DNA of 63,119 nt, counting the filler, from Klebsormidium nitens (taxonomy: Eukaryota > Plantae > Klebsormidiophyceae), in the NCBI GenBank assembly GCA_000708835.1. It is 8 parts of 8 records of this genome, joined end to end, with 100 filler letters (N's around TTAATTAATTAA, not from the genome) between each part and the next. Parts side by side here need not be neighbours in the genome. Positions count along the whole stretch, not along the records: positions 1 to 14,630 come from DF238038.1; positions 14,731 to 17,885 come from DF238603.1; positions 17,986 to 22,460 come from DF238504.1; positions 22,561 to 25,219 come from DF238654.1; 4 more parts are not named here. One strand, written 5' to 3'. Position 1 is the first letter of the stretch. Each line of letters opens with the position of its first letter. Positions 11,853 through 24,017 of this stretch are shown here, one piece after another. Below the pieces are notes generated by a model that worked only from the letters and a program-made list of their open reading frames with translations, had not been told where the DNA came from and searched no databases. Both the position numbers and the translations under genes were made by a program.

Positions 11853-13568
11853 GTGGCGGACTTAGAAGTAGTTCGGAGGTGGGCTAAAGCTGACAAGGCT
11901 CCAAACGGGCAATTGAAAAAGTTGCTAAAGAAAGCTAAAAAGGCGATTCTCAACCCGGACATTGGTTCGTTTACCTGGTTGTACCGTGATGGTGTGTCTG
12001 AACCTCCTGTTGAATTGATCCGAATGCAGGTACAAGTTGTTTCGAACTCCGACCAGGAAGTCTACTCCCAAGAGCCGGCACAAAAGGCCGACTACACCGT
12101 GGAGGACGTCCAGCGCATCGTGTCAGAGATCACCTTCGGCAAAACTTTGACACCCTCTGAGCGGCAAGAGCTTGAAGACGTCATTCGACGTCGGATCACC
12201 AGCTTCAGCCGTTACAAAGGTGATGTCGGATTCACTACCTTAATTGAGCATGAGATTGACCTTTTGAATAAAACCCCGATCAAAGTTCGGCCTTTCAAAA
12301 TGTCGTTTGCAGAGCAGAAGATTGCATTAGAGTACATTCAGCAATTTTTGAAAGAAGGAATCATTCGACGCTCTACATCTCCTTGGTCTGTCCCTGCTTT
12401 CCTGGTGGCCAAACCCAATCAGCCAGGCCAGTATCGTATGGTGGTCGACTGGCGTCTCCTTAACAAGGCCACTCGGTCCTGGGCGATGCCTCTGCCGTTC
12501 ATCACTGATTTGCACCAGAAACTGGGCAGGTCCAAGTACTTTGCAACAATGGACGTCACTTCTGGCTTTTACAACATTCCCCTAAAGAAAGAACATCAGC
12601 AGTATACAGCGTTCTCCCTTCGTAATATAGGTCTTTTTGAGTGGTTAGTGATGCCGATGGGGCTAAAGAACTCCCCGGCCACCTTCACTCGCCTTCAAGA
12701 GATCATCTTTCCTCCGATTGATTACGGTGAATTCCTCAGTATCTATCTTGATGATCTTTGTTGTCATGCAGGCACAGTCACCGAACTGGCCCGACATCTG
12801 GATCGCGTGCTCGAACGTCTCTCTTGGGCGGGCCTCAAGCTGAATCCCAAGAAGTGTACGATTGGAGCCGAGGAAGTTGAGTATCTCGGCCATATCATTT
12901 CGCAAGAAGGCATGAGAATGTCTCCTCGAAAGATAGAGGCCATCCAGAATCTGCAGAGCCCTCGTACTGTAAAACAGCTACAGGCCGTGCTTGGGTTGTT
13001 CCAGTATTATCGTGTCTTTATCCACCGGTTTGCTCACCTTGCGAAACCGATGACGAAACTCCTTTCTAAACAAGAGGATTTCAACTGGTCAGCTACTTGT
13101 CAGCAAGCTTTCGAGACTTTAAAGCAAAAGCTGTGTGCGCCGCCAATTCTGGCTCGGTACGATCCTCGTTTTCGCCTTGTCCTAGACACGAACTACGAGA
13201 AGACTACCGTTTCGGCCATCTTGGGGATGCAAAACCCCGCCTACAAACGTGAGAAGGTCATAGGTTACGCATCTCGGACCCTTAGCAAGACGAAAATGGG
13301 TACAACCGAGGGCGAACTCTCTGCTCTGATTTTTGGTTTGAAGCACTTCTCCGAGTTTCTTCGCGGTGGCCCTGAGTTTCTGGTTCGGACCGACCATGCG
13401 GCTCTCACATGGCTGAGAACCATGAACCCTCAACAGGGTAAACTCGCTCGTTGGCTTTCCTACATTGAATCAGACTTTTCTTTCGTGGTTGAGCACCGAA
13501 AGGGCATCAAGCACTCAAATGCGGACGCTCTTTCTCGCGCCAGCGCTTCGCATCTCTCTCGTGACTAA
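11853..13568 (+). CDS. pol: Reverse transcriptase + RNase H (pol), followed by an in-frame stop
   Basis: SPWSVPAFLVAK, RMVVDWRLLN, VMPMGLKNSPATF, IYLDD, LDTN, RTDHAAL, HSNADALSR. Confidence 0.95.
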   Translation: MADLEVVRRWAKADKAPNGQLKKLLKKAKKAILNPDIGSFTWLYRDGVSEPPVELIRMQVQVVSNSDQEVYSQEPAQKADYTVEDVQRIVSEITFGKTLTPSERQELEDVIRRRITSFSRYKGDVGFTTLIEHEIDLLNKTPIKVRPFKMSFAEQKIALEYIQQFLKEGIIRRSTSPWSVPAFLVAKPNQPGQYRMVVDWRLLNKATRSWAMPLPFITDLHQKLGRSKYFATMDVTSGFYNIPLKKEHQQYTAFSLRNIGLFEWLVMPMGLKNSPATFTRLQEIIFPPIDYGEFLSIYLDDLCCHAGTVTELARHLDRVLERLSWAGLKLNPKKCTIGAEEVEYLGHIISQEGMRMSPRKIEAIQNLQSPRTVKQLQAVLGLFQYYRVFIHRFAHLAKPMTKLLSKQEDFNWSATCQQAFETLKQKLCAPPILARYDPRFRLVLDTNYEKTTVSAILGMQNPAYKREKVIGYASRTLSKTKMGTTEGELSALIFGLKHFSEFLRGGPEFLVRTDHAALTWLRTMNPQQGKLARWLSYIESDFSFVVEHRKGIKHSNADALSRASASHLSRD

Positions 13569-14630
13569 TTGACTGACTCCTCTTACCTCCTCCTTTCTCC
13601 AGATCAGTCAATGAAATTCGGCGTCCCTCGTGTGACGTCATCTGACACGCCACCAGCCAACATCACCATTTCGACTGAAAAGCGGACCGGACTGCCAACC
13701 ACAGCGGATCCTGCGGCCAAGAAGCAAAAGCTTCCTGAGGACGCCAAACCTTCAGACGTTGCTGCTGGTGAGCTTGCTGGTCCATCGACTTCTTCCTTAC
13801 CAAAGAAGAAGTACGTTTATACTTTGACTGAACAGCAAGAGTTAAAACGCGCTCATTATGACCTTCTTCACCAGATCTCTGACTTCAAAGACAACACAGG
13901 GTGATTTTCCCTCGACCGTGGTCACAAAATACGAACGGCGAAACTTCAAGAACAAAGCTAAAAACTTTTCTCTTGAAAGTGGGACGTTGTATAAACTTAA
14001 ACCTCATGGTAAAGTTCGCGTTTTGTGGGAGGAAGAAGTTCTTCCTACCTTAAAGGGTATGCACGAAGAGCTTTCTCACTACCCTAAAGATAAAAGCAAG
14101 TTTCGTATCAAGGTTGAAGAGCGTTTCTTTTTCCCTCTACTGACGGAGATTTGTCATAAGTTTATTGCGTCTTGCCCGGAGTGCCAAAACGAAAAGGCAG
14201 GGCGGGCATGTAGAACCGACCGTGAACTTTTTCCGACTCCTCTTGTTTCTCCTTGGTTTCGAGTGCACATCGACTTATGTGGTCCGTTTGAACCGTCTAG
14301 AAAAAAGAAGTGGACGTACATAGTGGTAGCAATCTGCGCATTCACTAAGTTGGTCGTTGGAGGTGGCCTCAGAGAAAAGACTGCGGCCACAGTCACAAAT
14401 TGGTTTAAAGAGGCAATAATGTTTCAGCATGGTTACCCGTTTCAGGTCGTGTCTGATCAAGGGTCCGAATTTCGAGCCGAGTTTGAAGCCCTTCTTAAAG
14501 CAGCTGGGCTCAAACAAGTCCGAGTTACCACAGGCAACCAAAAAGCTAACGGCCAAGTTGAGCATATGATGTCCGTTATTAAGTCGAACCTTAGGATTAT
14601 GTGCGATGCCGAGCCTGACACGTGGGACAA
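13569..14630 (+). pseudogene. Connector and integrase (HHCC zinc finger + DDE core), frameshift near 13885, truncated by gap
   Basis: MHEELSH...CHKFIASCPECQ; RVHIDLCGPF; VVSDQGSEF; NGQVEHMM. Confidence 0.9.
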
Positions 14631-14739
14631 NNNNNNNNNNNNNNNNNNNNNNNNNNNNNNNNNNNNNNNNNNNNTTAATTAATTAANNNNNNNNNNNNNN
14701 NNNNNNNNNNNNNNNNNNNNNNNNNNNNNNAAGAACGTT

Positions 14740-17700
14740 TCATCGAATCCGACTGTAGCCCACATAATGACGTCCCGCCATTTTTGGAAACGCTCGCGGC
14801 CCTCTGAACTCGACAGCACCTTGTTCAAGCGTAAGACCTTCATTATGATGAAATGTACCCGCAGTTGCTGGTTTCAATGGAAATTGGCGTCTGAGAACAG
14901 CACTATCTTCTCTAGTAGTCGCATTGAATGAGCGGAAGGCTTTTGACACAGGTGTCCATGTACTTGAGATGTATGGCCGTTGAGCATACAGCGCAGCACT
15001 TGATTTTCTGAGGGCTCTTCCGACACGCTCGTCGGCGAACTGGAGCCACAGTAATTCTGGTGGGCCAGAATTGATATCAATCGCTTTCAAATGACCCCAC
15101 GCTCCGTGATAAAGGCCGTCCGGCACGTCCAGATTCAACGTTACTTCCAGTATGATTTCTAGCTTCAATTTTAAAGAAAAACACAAAGCTGCGGTTTTTT
15201 CAAAAGGCAATTTGTCGAGTCTACCGAAAAAGAAAGTGCGGTCCTTTTCCGAAAGGTGTTCTGCCATCAGATGATCTTGGGCGTGCACTATCACGCCCTC
15301 ACCTGGTAGAGTCTCGTACACCAAATCGTTGTGCTTATCCAACTGAACGTGTGTCGCAAAAATGTGCCGCAAGAAAATAGAATACTCTTCCGGCGGATGT
15401 TGTGCGTTGATTTCGAAACTTCTAAAGTAAGCCAAGTCTTCTACCGTTTGATCTTCAGTACGTAATCTGTTCATTGTGCATGCGTATGGCATTCCGTGGA
15501 CCTGTCACAAAATGAAAGTCAATTCAAACATGCGGAACAATTGCGCCCAAAGATTTTGGAGTAAGCATGGACGGCCGTTTGAATCGAGCACATACACTCC
15601 TTCGAAACAGTAGTGATCGCCAACAGGCTTCAATTGATAGAGATCACCTACTGCAAGAACGGGGATTCCGCCAAACGGACGCGTATCGTCAAAGATCTCT
15701 TGTAGACGTTTGTGAACTAGAAACAGCAGAGTCGCACCGTTTAGAGAAATCTCTTCGAGAATCATACCACACAAATCTCGTAGCTCGTCTTGCAAGCGGC
15801 TCCGCCATTCGGCAGACAGCTTTCTGTAGGGGAAAGGCCGAATACCAAAAGGGATCCGCAAAGCATGGTGAATAGTAGTGCCGCCGACATTAAAAGCTGC
15901 ATTGCCAGTGAATGCCATTATTAGCACCTTCATAGAATGAGGATCAACTCCAGGACGGCCGTTTTGTAACCTCGTGATAGCTTCTGCAAGACAGCGGACG
16001 GTGACACTCTTCCCTGTGCCAGCGCCGCCAGTAAGAAATTCACAAAACTGCTCATTTGGAGTGAATTTAAAGTGATGCAGCACGTGATAAAGATATTTTT
16101 TCTGATCCCAGATCAGCTCACGGGCCATCGCACGGAACTCTTGGTCTGGCATGGAAGATGACATCAAAGACAAACTAGAACTGTCGTGAGCGCCTCCACC
16201 TTTGAGTCCCAAATCTGGACCGACGTCATAAAGATCGTCTCCAGTGACAACAGCAGACGGCGGAAAGTTTCAAAATGAATGTCAGCGTTCAAAAGATCTA
16301 CATCTTCTACGTGCTTTTCCACAGACTCCCAATCGATACGTTCATTAAAGACGTACGGTTTACGATTCTCTTCAAGCTGAGTTTTGACAGCTTTGAACCT
16401 ATCTGCAAAGGACGAGTACCCTGCTAGCAGGCAAGCATCTTCTGTGTCGTGCAGATCCACAACCGTTTCCGCTTGACTTCGCCAAGGCCAGAAGAGCAAC
16501 AATTATTCCCGGTAATACATTTCTGGAGACTGCCGTAATTTGTACCGAACGTAACGGATCACTTTTCTTTGTGTATATTTTCTGTAGGTCCGAGATTCGA
16601 AAAGGCGAGTCTTATCTGCTGGTTTGGTAGACCTAAGCTGCGCATCACCTTCCATGTTAAGGGAAACTTCCAAATCTTCTTCAGTATCTGGATATTCTTC
16701 GTCATCGTTAAAGTCTGTGTCCATAACAGTAGGCGTTCGATCTTGCTCGAACCACGCTGCGAAATCCGCCAAACACAACTCATCTGCACCTAAAGAACGC
16801 AGAGACAAGTTGCGATGACGGCTGGCATACTTTTCTACGAGGCCCATTGCCATGCAGTCGGTAGAATCTGAACATAAACACTGCAATTCCCAATCTTGTT
16901 TAAGCAGAAAGGTTCTCTCCGATGGCGGCGAAGAAGGTACGAAAATCACCGACCGGGAACTTCCACGAAAAGGCAAGCCAATCGTTCCATATACAGCGTG
17001 TTGCGCACAAATTTCCTGACCGTTGAGGAGCGCGTTTCCCATCGCGCGCAGCACGACAGACGGGTCTGCACTCTCTTCCTGAGCGTGACGGCAAGCGTCC
17101 TTTAGCAAACGGCTTAGAGTTAAATTCGCTTTCATCATGTAAGAATTAATGTAAGAAGCTGCAGCATAAGGCTCCAAAACGAACTGCACGTCTATGTTTG
17201 AATTCTGCAGTTCGAGCAACCTCGGGTTAAACTGATTCACGCGGATTTCATCCGGAGTGCGCTTTATAAAGATGGTTGGCTGTTGCAAAGAAGCTCTGAG
17301 CCCGAAAATATATTGCTCGTCAGTCAAAGAAACGAGATGCAAGAATTCGGAAAACGACAATGCTTTAGCTTTATCTAAATTCGAATCCAAATCCCGAATA
17401 CCGGCACGAAGTATGCGAAGGTACGAAGCACATGCACGTCGATGCTCTTCCGGAGTGTCTTCAGGCAAAGGTCTTAAAAGCTCTGTGCGACTCATAGGCG
17501 GCCTCGGAAAATTGAATTTGCAACGGTACGGTCCACGCTTTCCGTGCTTCTTCAAGCAGTACTTTAATGAATGATTGTGACGCTGCGACTCAAGAAGCTC
17601 TGAAGACACAGCAGTCAAAGAGCACGTAATGAAACGGTCCACGAAAGCGCAGATCTCTTTATCGCTTTGGACCCCCAGAATAGGTGCTCCTTCTACCCAA

Positions 17701-17885
17701 ATAGCCATATGCGTGTGCGGCGTGCCTCGTTGCTGAAATTCGTCACGCCACACAAAATCTTGAACGTTTCCAAGGATACCAGAGCAGTTTCGTATCGCTT
17801 TCAGCAGAGCGTCTACCCTGAAACGATGATATCGAGCAGAAATAACGGGTCCGATCGGACAAGACGCGCAACAGTTCTGAAAGGC
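14740..17885 (-). pseudogene. Helitron Rep/PIF1-helicase coding region with several stops/frameshifts, both ends lost in gaps
   Basis: HUH motif EFQQRGTPHTH; CKFNFP; FNPRLL...NIDVQF; Walker A GGAGTGKS; AVGDLYQLKPV; QFPLKPA. Confidence 0.92.
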
Positions 17886-17986
17886 NNNNNNNNNNNNNNN
17901 NNNNNNNNNNNNNNNNNNNNNNNNNNNNNTTAATTAATTAANNNNNNNNNNNNNNNNNNNNNNNNNNNNNNNNNNNNNNNNNNNNC

Positions 17987-20900
17987 TGTATGTTGCCAGC
18001 AATTGGGTGATTAGCTGCTTCTGAATTCCGGTTAGTCTCTTACCCTTTTGAATAGCTCCCAAGCCCGTGAGGATACTCTCTACTTCTGAACACGTGCCAC
18101 CCATTGTGTTGCGCCAGTCTACCATTGCGTCCAGTTCCGATTCACTTACCAGGCTTTGAATCTCATCGTACAAAGCTAGATCACTGCTAAGCCCCAGTTG
18201 CTCATCTCGAAATACTTCCACTACTTCGTCCACAGCACTTTCTTCAAAAGGCTCCTCAAAAAGTACCTCTAATCCCAGTCCATCTAGTTTGCCTGCATCC
18301 TCCCAGTCTTCAAAGCTAAATGCCTCTGAAGCCTTCCAAAATTCCTCTACCTCAGGCAGCACGGCTTCTTCTATTTCCGACCACTCTTCGCTCCATTCTG
18401 ACTCCTCATCGAACTCTATTTCCTCCCACTGGTCGTGGTTAATGCTGCCTGCACCTCCTGAATCCACTTCTGTTTCCAAATCAGACTCTTCTTGCCTCTG
18501 TTTATCTTGCAATTCCCACGGAAACTGTGCCCTAGGAGCCGGCCTCCTTTCAAACCTTGCCTCTTCCCTGTGTTCCTTTCTTTCGTTGATCTTATCAAAC
18601 GGTTCTATTTCCAGATAAGCCGCCATCCCAGTACTTGCCTCAAATGCCAGTGGAAGTGTTCCTTGATGCTGATGATCAATCCAGAAGTTCAAAGTCCTAG
18701 AGTGGTAGTCAATGTTAGCCCCAATCACGTGCAGAAAGTCATTTCCCAACAGAACGTCATAGTTCGTAGCCTTGACTATATGAGCGTCCAGTGCAACCTC
18801 TAACTCCCCAATTTTTATAAGTATTCTAGGCAACAGCCCCATTGGAATCTCCTTTTCCCCCGATGAATTCCTGAAACTACACCTTGGTGGCAAAAGTTTA
18901 CCCATCAGGTCCAACCTCCTAGCCACCAGCTGACTGATCAAAGTATGAGAACATCCCGTGTCTATGTACCCCTCTACTGGCATTCCCAGTATCTCAACAG
19001 GTGCCCTAGCCGCTGTGTAATCCGAAAGCAGCACCTGAGCCTCTGCATGATGACTCTGACTACCAACTGCCCCAGTTTCACTGATCCCAGCTCTTGGTGT
19101 TGTCAAATATGTCAGCAGCTCTTGTCGAACCTTAGGTGCCAGATGTATCAAGGTCTGAAAGTCCACTCGTGCCTGTGTTGACTTCAGTTGATTCAATATT
19201 GAGTACGTTTCAGCCTTCTGCTGAACCACAGCCCGACCACCAGTCTGATACCTAGCTGGCCTCGTGTAACTCCTTATTGCAGAACCACCTTCTACCGGAA
19301 ACTGCCTTGAACCTCTGCCATCTGCCTGACTTTCATTCGGCTGCCCTTCTGCAGCATCCTTGGTCTGCCGCCTCGGTAAATTCAAAGGAAATGGAGTCCG
19401 CTTTGCAGGTCTCCCTTCCCCGTCGTCACCCCTTTCACGGGTTCTCTTCAGTGCTCCATACACATCTGCTATCAGTGCATACTCTGCCGCCGGCTCTAAC
19501 TCCTGCTTCGAACCCTCTATCAAGTCCTTCACCCATTCACGTCCCTCAAAGAAGTCTGCCATCAGTGCTGACCCCTTTTGAACCTGCTCCTTTACCTCAT
19601 CAATCTCTTTTATCAGTTCTTCAAAGCCTGAGTTTCCCGTTTCTGCAGCACCAGCTTCTGAGTCTGCTAACCCTGCGAACCTACCATCATTCGGTGGACA
19701 ATCTCTTGCTATGTGTCCCCTCTGCCCACAGATATAACAACCATCCTTTCCATACTGCGGTGCATTCCTCTCTTCCNNNNNNNNNNNNNNNNNNNNCACA
19801 AAATGGAGTCCGCTTTGCAGGTCTCCCTTCCCCGTCGTCACCCCTTTCACGGGTTCTCTTCAGTGCTGCATACACATCTGCTATCAGTGCATACTCTGCC
19901 GCCGGCTCTAACTCCTGCTTCGAACCCTCTATCAAGTCCTTCACCCATTCACGTCCCTCAAAGAAGTTTGCCATCAGTGCTGATCCCTTTTAAACCTGCT
20001 CCTTTACCTCATCAATCTCCTTTATCAGTTCTTCAAAGCCTGAGTTTCCCGTTTCTGCAGCACCTGCAGAAGTTGCTGAGTCTGCTGACCCTGCGAACCT
20101 GCCATCATTCTGTGGACAATCTCTTGCTATGTGTCCCTTCTGCCCATAGATATAACAACCATCCTTTCCATACTGCGGTGCATTCCTCTCTTCCACATGT
20201 GCCAACAGCTTCAGATTTTCTAACTTCTTTGCAATATCATCTACCTCACTGCGAACCTTCGCACTAGCTGAACCAGGCCTACTTCCTGGATTCGGCCTGA
20301 CTGGTGGACTCGGTTCTACCGGCCTTGTATTTACTGGCTGACTTCTAAACTCTGTTTCCCTTCCTGGCCCATCATTCTCAGCCCTGCGCGCTGGTGGGAC
20401 ATACACATTCGGCCGTGGTCTGCTCAAAGGACCCCTCCTTTGATCGAATGACTCTCTGTTCAGACTTCCCCACTGATTAACTGGCCCTAAGTCGAACTCG
20501 ATGGACTCGTAGTAATCGGCAGCCTCTACTGCCTCGTCCAGTTCCTGAGGAATTTTCATTCCCACTTTGTACCTTAAGCTCGGCCTCAAACCAGTGATGA
20601 ACCTACACATGAGCAGGTCATCAGACACTGCATCATCCAGCTTCGCTGCTAGGTACTTCAGCTCTTGCAAAAATGACTTTGCTCTTTCACCAGTCCTTTG
20701 CACCCTTGTCTCAAACTGTAACGGCGCTAGCTTTCCGAGCCCCTCGCNNNNNNNNNNNNNNNNNNNNACATGTGCCAACAGCTTCAGATTTTCTAACTTC
20801 TTTGCAATATCATCTACCTCACTGCGAACCTTCGCACTAGCTGAACCAGGCCCACTTCCTGGATTCGGCCTGACTGGTGGACTCGGTTCTACCGGCCTTG

Positions 20901-22460
20901 TATTTACTGGCTGACTTCTAAACTCTGTTTCCCTTCCTGGCCCAGTATTCTCAGCCCTGCGCTCTGGTGGGACATACACGTTCTGCCGTGGTCTGCTCGA
21001 AGGACCCCTCCTTTGATCAAATGACTCTCTGTTCATACTTCCCCACTGATCAACTGGCCCTCTGTCGAACTCGATGGACTCGTAGTAATCCGCAGCCTCT
21101 ACTGCCTCTTCCAATTCTTGAGGAATCTTCATCTCCACTTTGTACTTTAAGCTTGGCCTCAAACCAGTGATGAACCTATACATTAGCAGGTCATCTGACA
21201 CTTCATCATCCAGCTTTGCTGCTAAGTACTTCAGCTCCTGCAAAAACGACTTGGCCCGTTCACCATTCCTCTGCACCCTCGTCTCAAACTCCCTCCTGAG
21301 ATTGAGCTTGAACTAAGCCGTGAAAATCTCTTTACGAGTTTATATCCAAATTCATCAAACGTCCATTCGTCACTGTCCTTGTTAGACTCTAACCACTTGT
21401 CTGCTTCTCCCTGCATAAATGCATATGCCATGCCTCTGCACTTTGAACCTACCCATTCGCTCGCCAGCGCAACCTTCTTGAACGTTCGCAGCCATTCCTT
21501 GGGATCATTCCTTCCATTGTAAGGTGCAAGTAACCGGCTCAAGACCACCTGGTCCGAACCATTCATTATGTTAGCCATCTTGTCTCTTTTTGAAATACAC
21601 TGCCCACCGGGCACTAGAACCTAAAGCCCAGCTAAAACCCTTAGCGCACGACTTTCTCCAAGCCTAAAGCTACGTACCACAGCCTTATACTACCTCCGCA
21701 ATCCTTCTAAATCGCTATCCAGCCTCAACAGGCTACGTACACTCTGCTGAAATCCCTTTGTGCTACCACTGACCAGTCACAATCTAACAATCTGTGCCTC
21801 TATCAACAGCCTTGTCTCAAACCACCAAACCACAGCACAATGCTCAATGTAAGTATGACTCTATCACGCTACAACCCTTTATCTACAATGCCTAAGCCCC
21901 AAGCCTGCCTCGAGCCCTTTTTACTTAGTCGCAATCAGCCTAATCCAAAGTCTACCGAGCCGCCGCTCACTATCTGCACAAATGCTGCACAACCAGGCCC
22001 GCCGAGTCTGCTGTGCAGCACCCAGGGTGCTGGACAGGACCTCCGACCTCGACTCTGACACTTCGTCGCTCGGCCGACTCGCTCGGCACTCTACACGTGG
22101 TTAAATGACTTAGCCAAATTCTCGACTCGGCCGCCGACGCGTGCGGTACTTCACCAAAATTTTCGCGGCGACTTCCACACAACCAGTATGAAGCACGTCA
22201 GATGTACACTCGTACACCGAAAATCCCGGTAATCCGTACGCTCGGAACGCAAAAGTACACTCACTTTAACTCTACCCAATGATTAGACTGCCAAATCGCC
22301 AATGACTTCGCCGTTCTGACACCCCTTAGTCTTATATCAACCCCTTCTAGCGCGATTATACTTCACCAAAATCCCGCAGGCTAGGATCTTATGCCAGGCT
22401 AAAAAGCTGAAAATTCACCCCTGACACCAACCAAGAGCGCACCCGCTCAACAATACACCC
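17987..22460 (-). mobile_element. Second Ty3/gypsy-type retrotransposon: 5' untranslated region, gag, zinc knuckles, protease, start of pol; truncated by gap
   Basis: gag APYNGRNDPKEWLRTF (21231-21590); LRYKV...PQELDEAVEAA; CYICGQRGHIARDCP; protease YIDTGCSHTLIS and YDVLLGNDFL; gag-CTD and knuckle segments occur twice around 20-N gaps. Confidence 0.85.
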
Positions 22461-22814
22461 NNNNNNNNNNNNNNNNNNNNNNNNNNNNNNNNNNNNNNNN
22501 NNNNTTAATTAATTAANNNNNNNNNNNNNNNNNNNNNNNNNNNNNNNNNNNNNNNNNNNNAACGATAGGCAAACAGGCGACCAAACATAATAAAACACAG
22601 ATGCATAGATTCTTTGTGTACAAAAAATTGGAGGGTCAGTATCCCTTTTGGAAGGAAGAATTTCTTCAAGTCTTAGGAATAACGAAGAATGGGTTGTAAA
22701 AACAAGAATATTAGTGCCCATCCGTCACAATAACATTGACCAGTCTTCTTTCATCATCTACAGAGTGAGAATGACGTAGCCATGTACTGCATGAGAGCAA
22801 AGCACCTTTTAGCG

Positions 22815-22930
22815 TCCGTGATTTTTACGCATGGTAGCGAATGGAGAACATGATGCAGAATGCGATGGTATCTGCATTGATGGGATACTCTAGGAGCGGT
22901 ATCTACCCGGCCGGCTCGGGCATCATGTAT
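22815..22930 (-). pseudogene. Degenerate duplicate of the 3' part of the GT25 gene
   Basis: About 110-bp diverged direct repeat of 23096-23206; translates TFAYMMPEPAG*IPLLEYPIN versus TFAYMMSEPAGQIPLIEYPIN. Confidence 0.75.
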
Positions 22931-22946
22931 GCGAACGTGTTGAACA

Positions 22947-23942
22947 TCAAGCTCTGCGTAACTTCCATATCAGACCCGCCGAGCAAGCACACAGATTGAC
23001 CAGGACGAAATTGCTCGTCTTACTTCCTTCGCGTATGTCCATCAACATGTCAAAGACAAACAATGCGAACAGGAACATGAGTCCCCTCGGATACGCATGG
23101 TAGAGAATGGCGAACACTATGCAGAATGCGATGCCATGTCCGTTGATGGGATACTCTATGAGCGGTATCTGCCCGGCCGGCTCGGACATCATGTATGCGA
23201 ACGTGGTGCCCTGTTCGTTCATGGGGATGCGATCGAACAGTATGTTCAAGAGATAGGGCGGCTTGGCTGCTATCTGCGATACGGAGACGCGTTGGTCTTG
23301 AAACACTATGGGCGGATTTGCAGAGTACACTCGCATGTCTCCCCTATCCAGCGTCAGGGCTATATCTACGTGGAAGCTCGCTCTCTCGAACCTGTCCAGA
23401 AGTTTCTCAGCTCCCTTCCTGGACAGGACGTATGCGTGGAGGCCCGTGGTGAATCCAGGAATGCTGAGGTGCTCGGAGAACTGTACCGCCCGATCTGGCC
23501 AACCTCGAGAGAGGACGGTCGCCCATCCTGTCTCGAACGCCGTGACCGAGTCGTCCTGGTTGCAGAACTGAAAGCATCCCAACAGCAGCATGTCGAAGTC
23601 GTCCGGCAGCTCCAGCGTTATTGCTTCGATGACGTCGCGAAAGTCTGGCCCGAATTCGGCGTCGTCTTTCAGGATGAGGGCGCTACTCAGGTCTCTCTTC
23701 ACGATCTGCCTCCAGGCGTTGCGGTGCGACAAGAAGCACCCTATGGTGGCGGGGGTACAGAAGGCCGCGCACATGCCAGTCGAGTCGCGGCGGACGAGCC
23801 CCACCGACATCTCGGACCCGTCCACCCCCTCCAGCCGGCGCGCCGACATGCCCATCTTACCCAGCTTGGAGCGCATGTCGGCCCATCTATCTCTGGAACG
23901 CCGGAGGTTCAGGACGAAGACCTCTTCCCACGGTACGTTCAT
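22947..23942 (-). CDS. Glycosyltransferase family 25 with hydrophobic C-terminus
   Basis: VFVLNLRRSRDRW, EGVDG, GCFLSHRNAW, ILKDDA (normally EDD), LHAYVLS; two C-terminal hydrophobic stretches. Confidence 0.85.
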   Translation of the reverse strand: MNVPWEEVFVLNLRRSRDRWADMRSKLGKMGMSARRLEGVDGSEMSVGLVRRDSTGMCAAFCTPATIGCFLSHRNAWRQIVKRDLSSALILKDDAEFGPDFRDVIEAITLELPDDFDMLLLGCFQFCNQDDSVTAFETGWATVLSRGWPDRAVQFSEHLSIPGFTTGLHAYVLSRKGAEKLLDRFERASFHVDIALTLDRGDMRVYSANPPIVFQDQRVSVSQIAAKPPYLLNILFDRIPMNEQGTTFAYMMSEPAGQIPLIEYPINGHGIAFCIVFAILYHAYPRGLMFLFALFVFDMLMDIREGSKTSNFVLVNLCACSAGLIWKLRRA

Positions 23943-24017
23943 GCTGTTGCTATTGAGTCTTGGAAATTTTTGTCGCAATATAGGCAGCGATTTGAGCTCG
24001 ACCGTAGGCATATCGAG

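Larger units (their letters stand above)
519..14630 (+). mobile_element. Ty3/gypsy LTR retrotransposon internal region (gag-protease / RT-RNaseH / integrase), decayed and interrupted by a DNA transposon at 1774-10172; 3' end lost in gap
   Basis: Domain order gag, zinc knuckle, protease (IILDSGAT), RT (YLDD), RNase H, integrase (HHCC + core) is the Ty3/gypsy order; LTRs not identifiable. Confidence 0.92.

Noticed and set aside
19277-20267. Plus-strand Pro/Leu/Ser-rich ORFs
   Set aside because: Antisense shadows of the purine-rich gypsy gag on the minus strand
21620-22460. Possible LTR/PBS of the second gypsy element
   Set aside because: No partner LTR in the window and no convincing tRNA-complementary PBS
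23097-24017. 5' part of the 562-aa plus-strand ORF
   Set aside because: Antisense shadow of the GT25 gene; only the part from ATG 24018 has VLTF2 motifs
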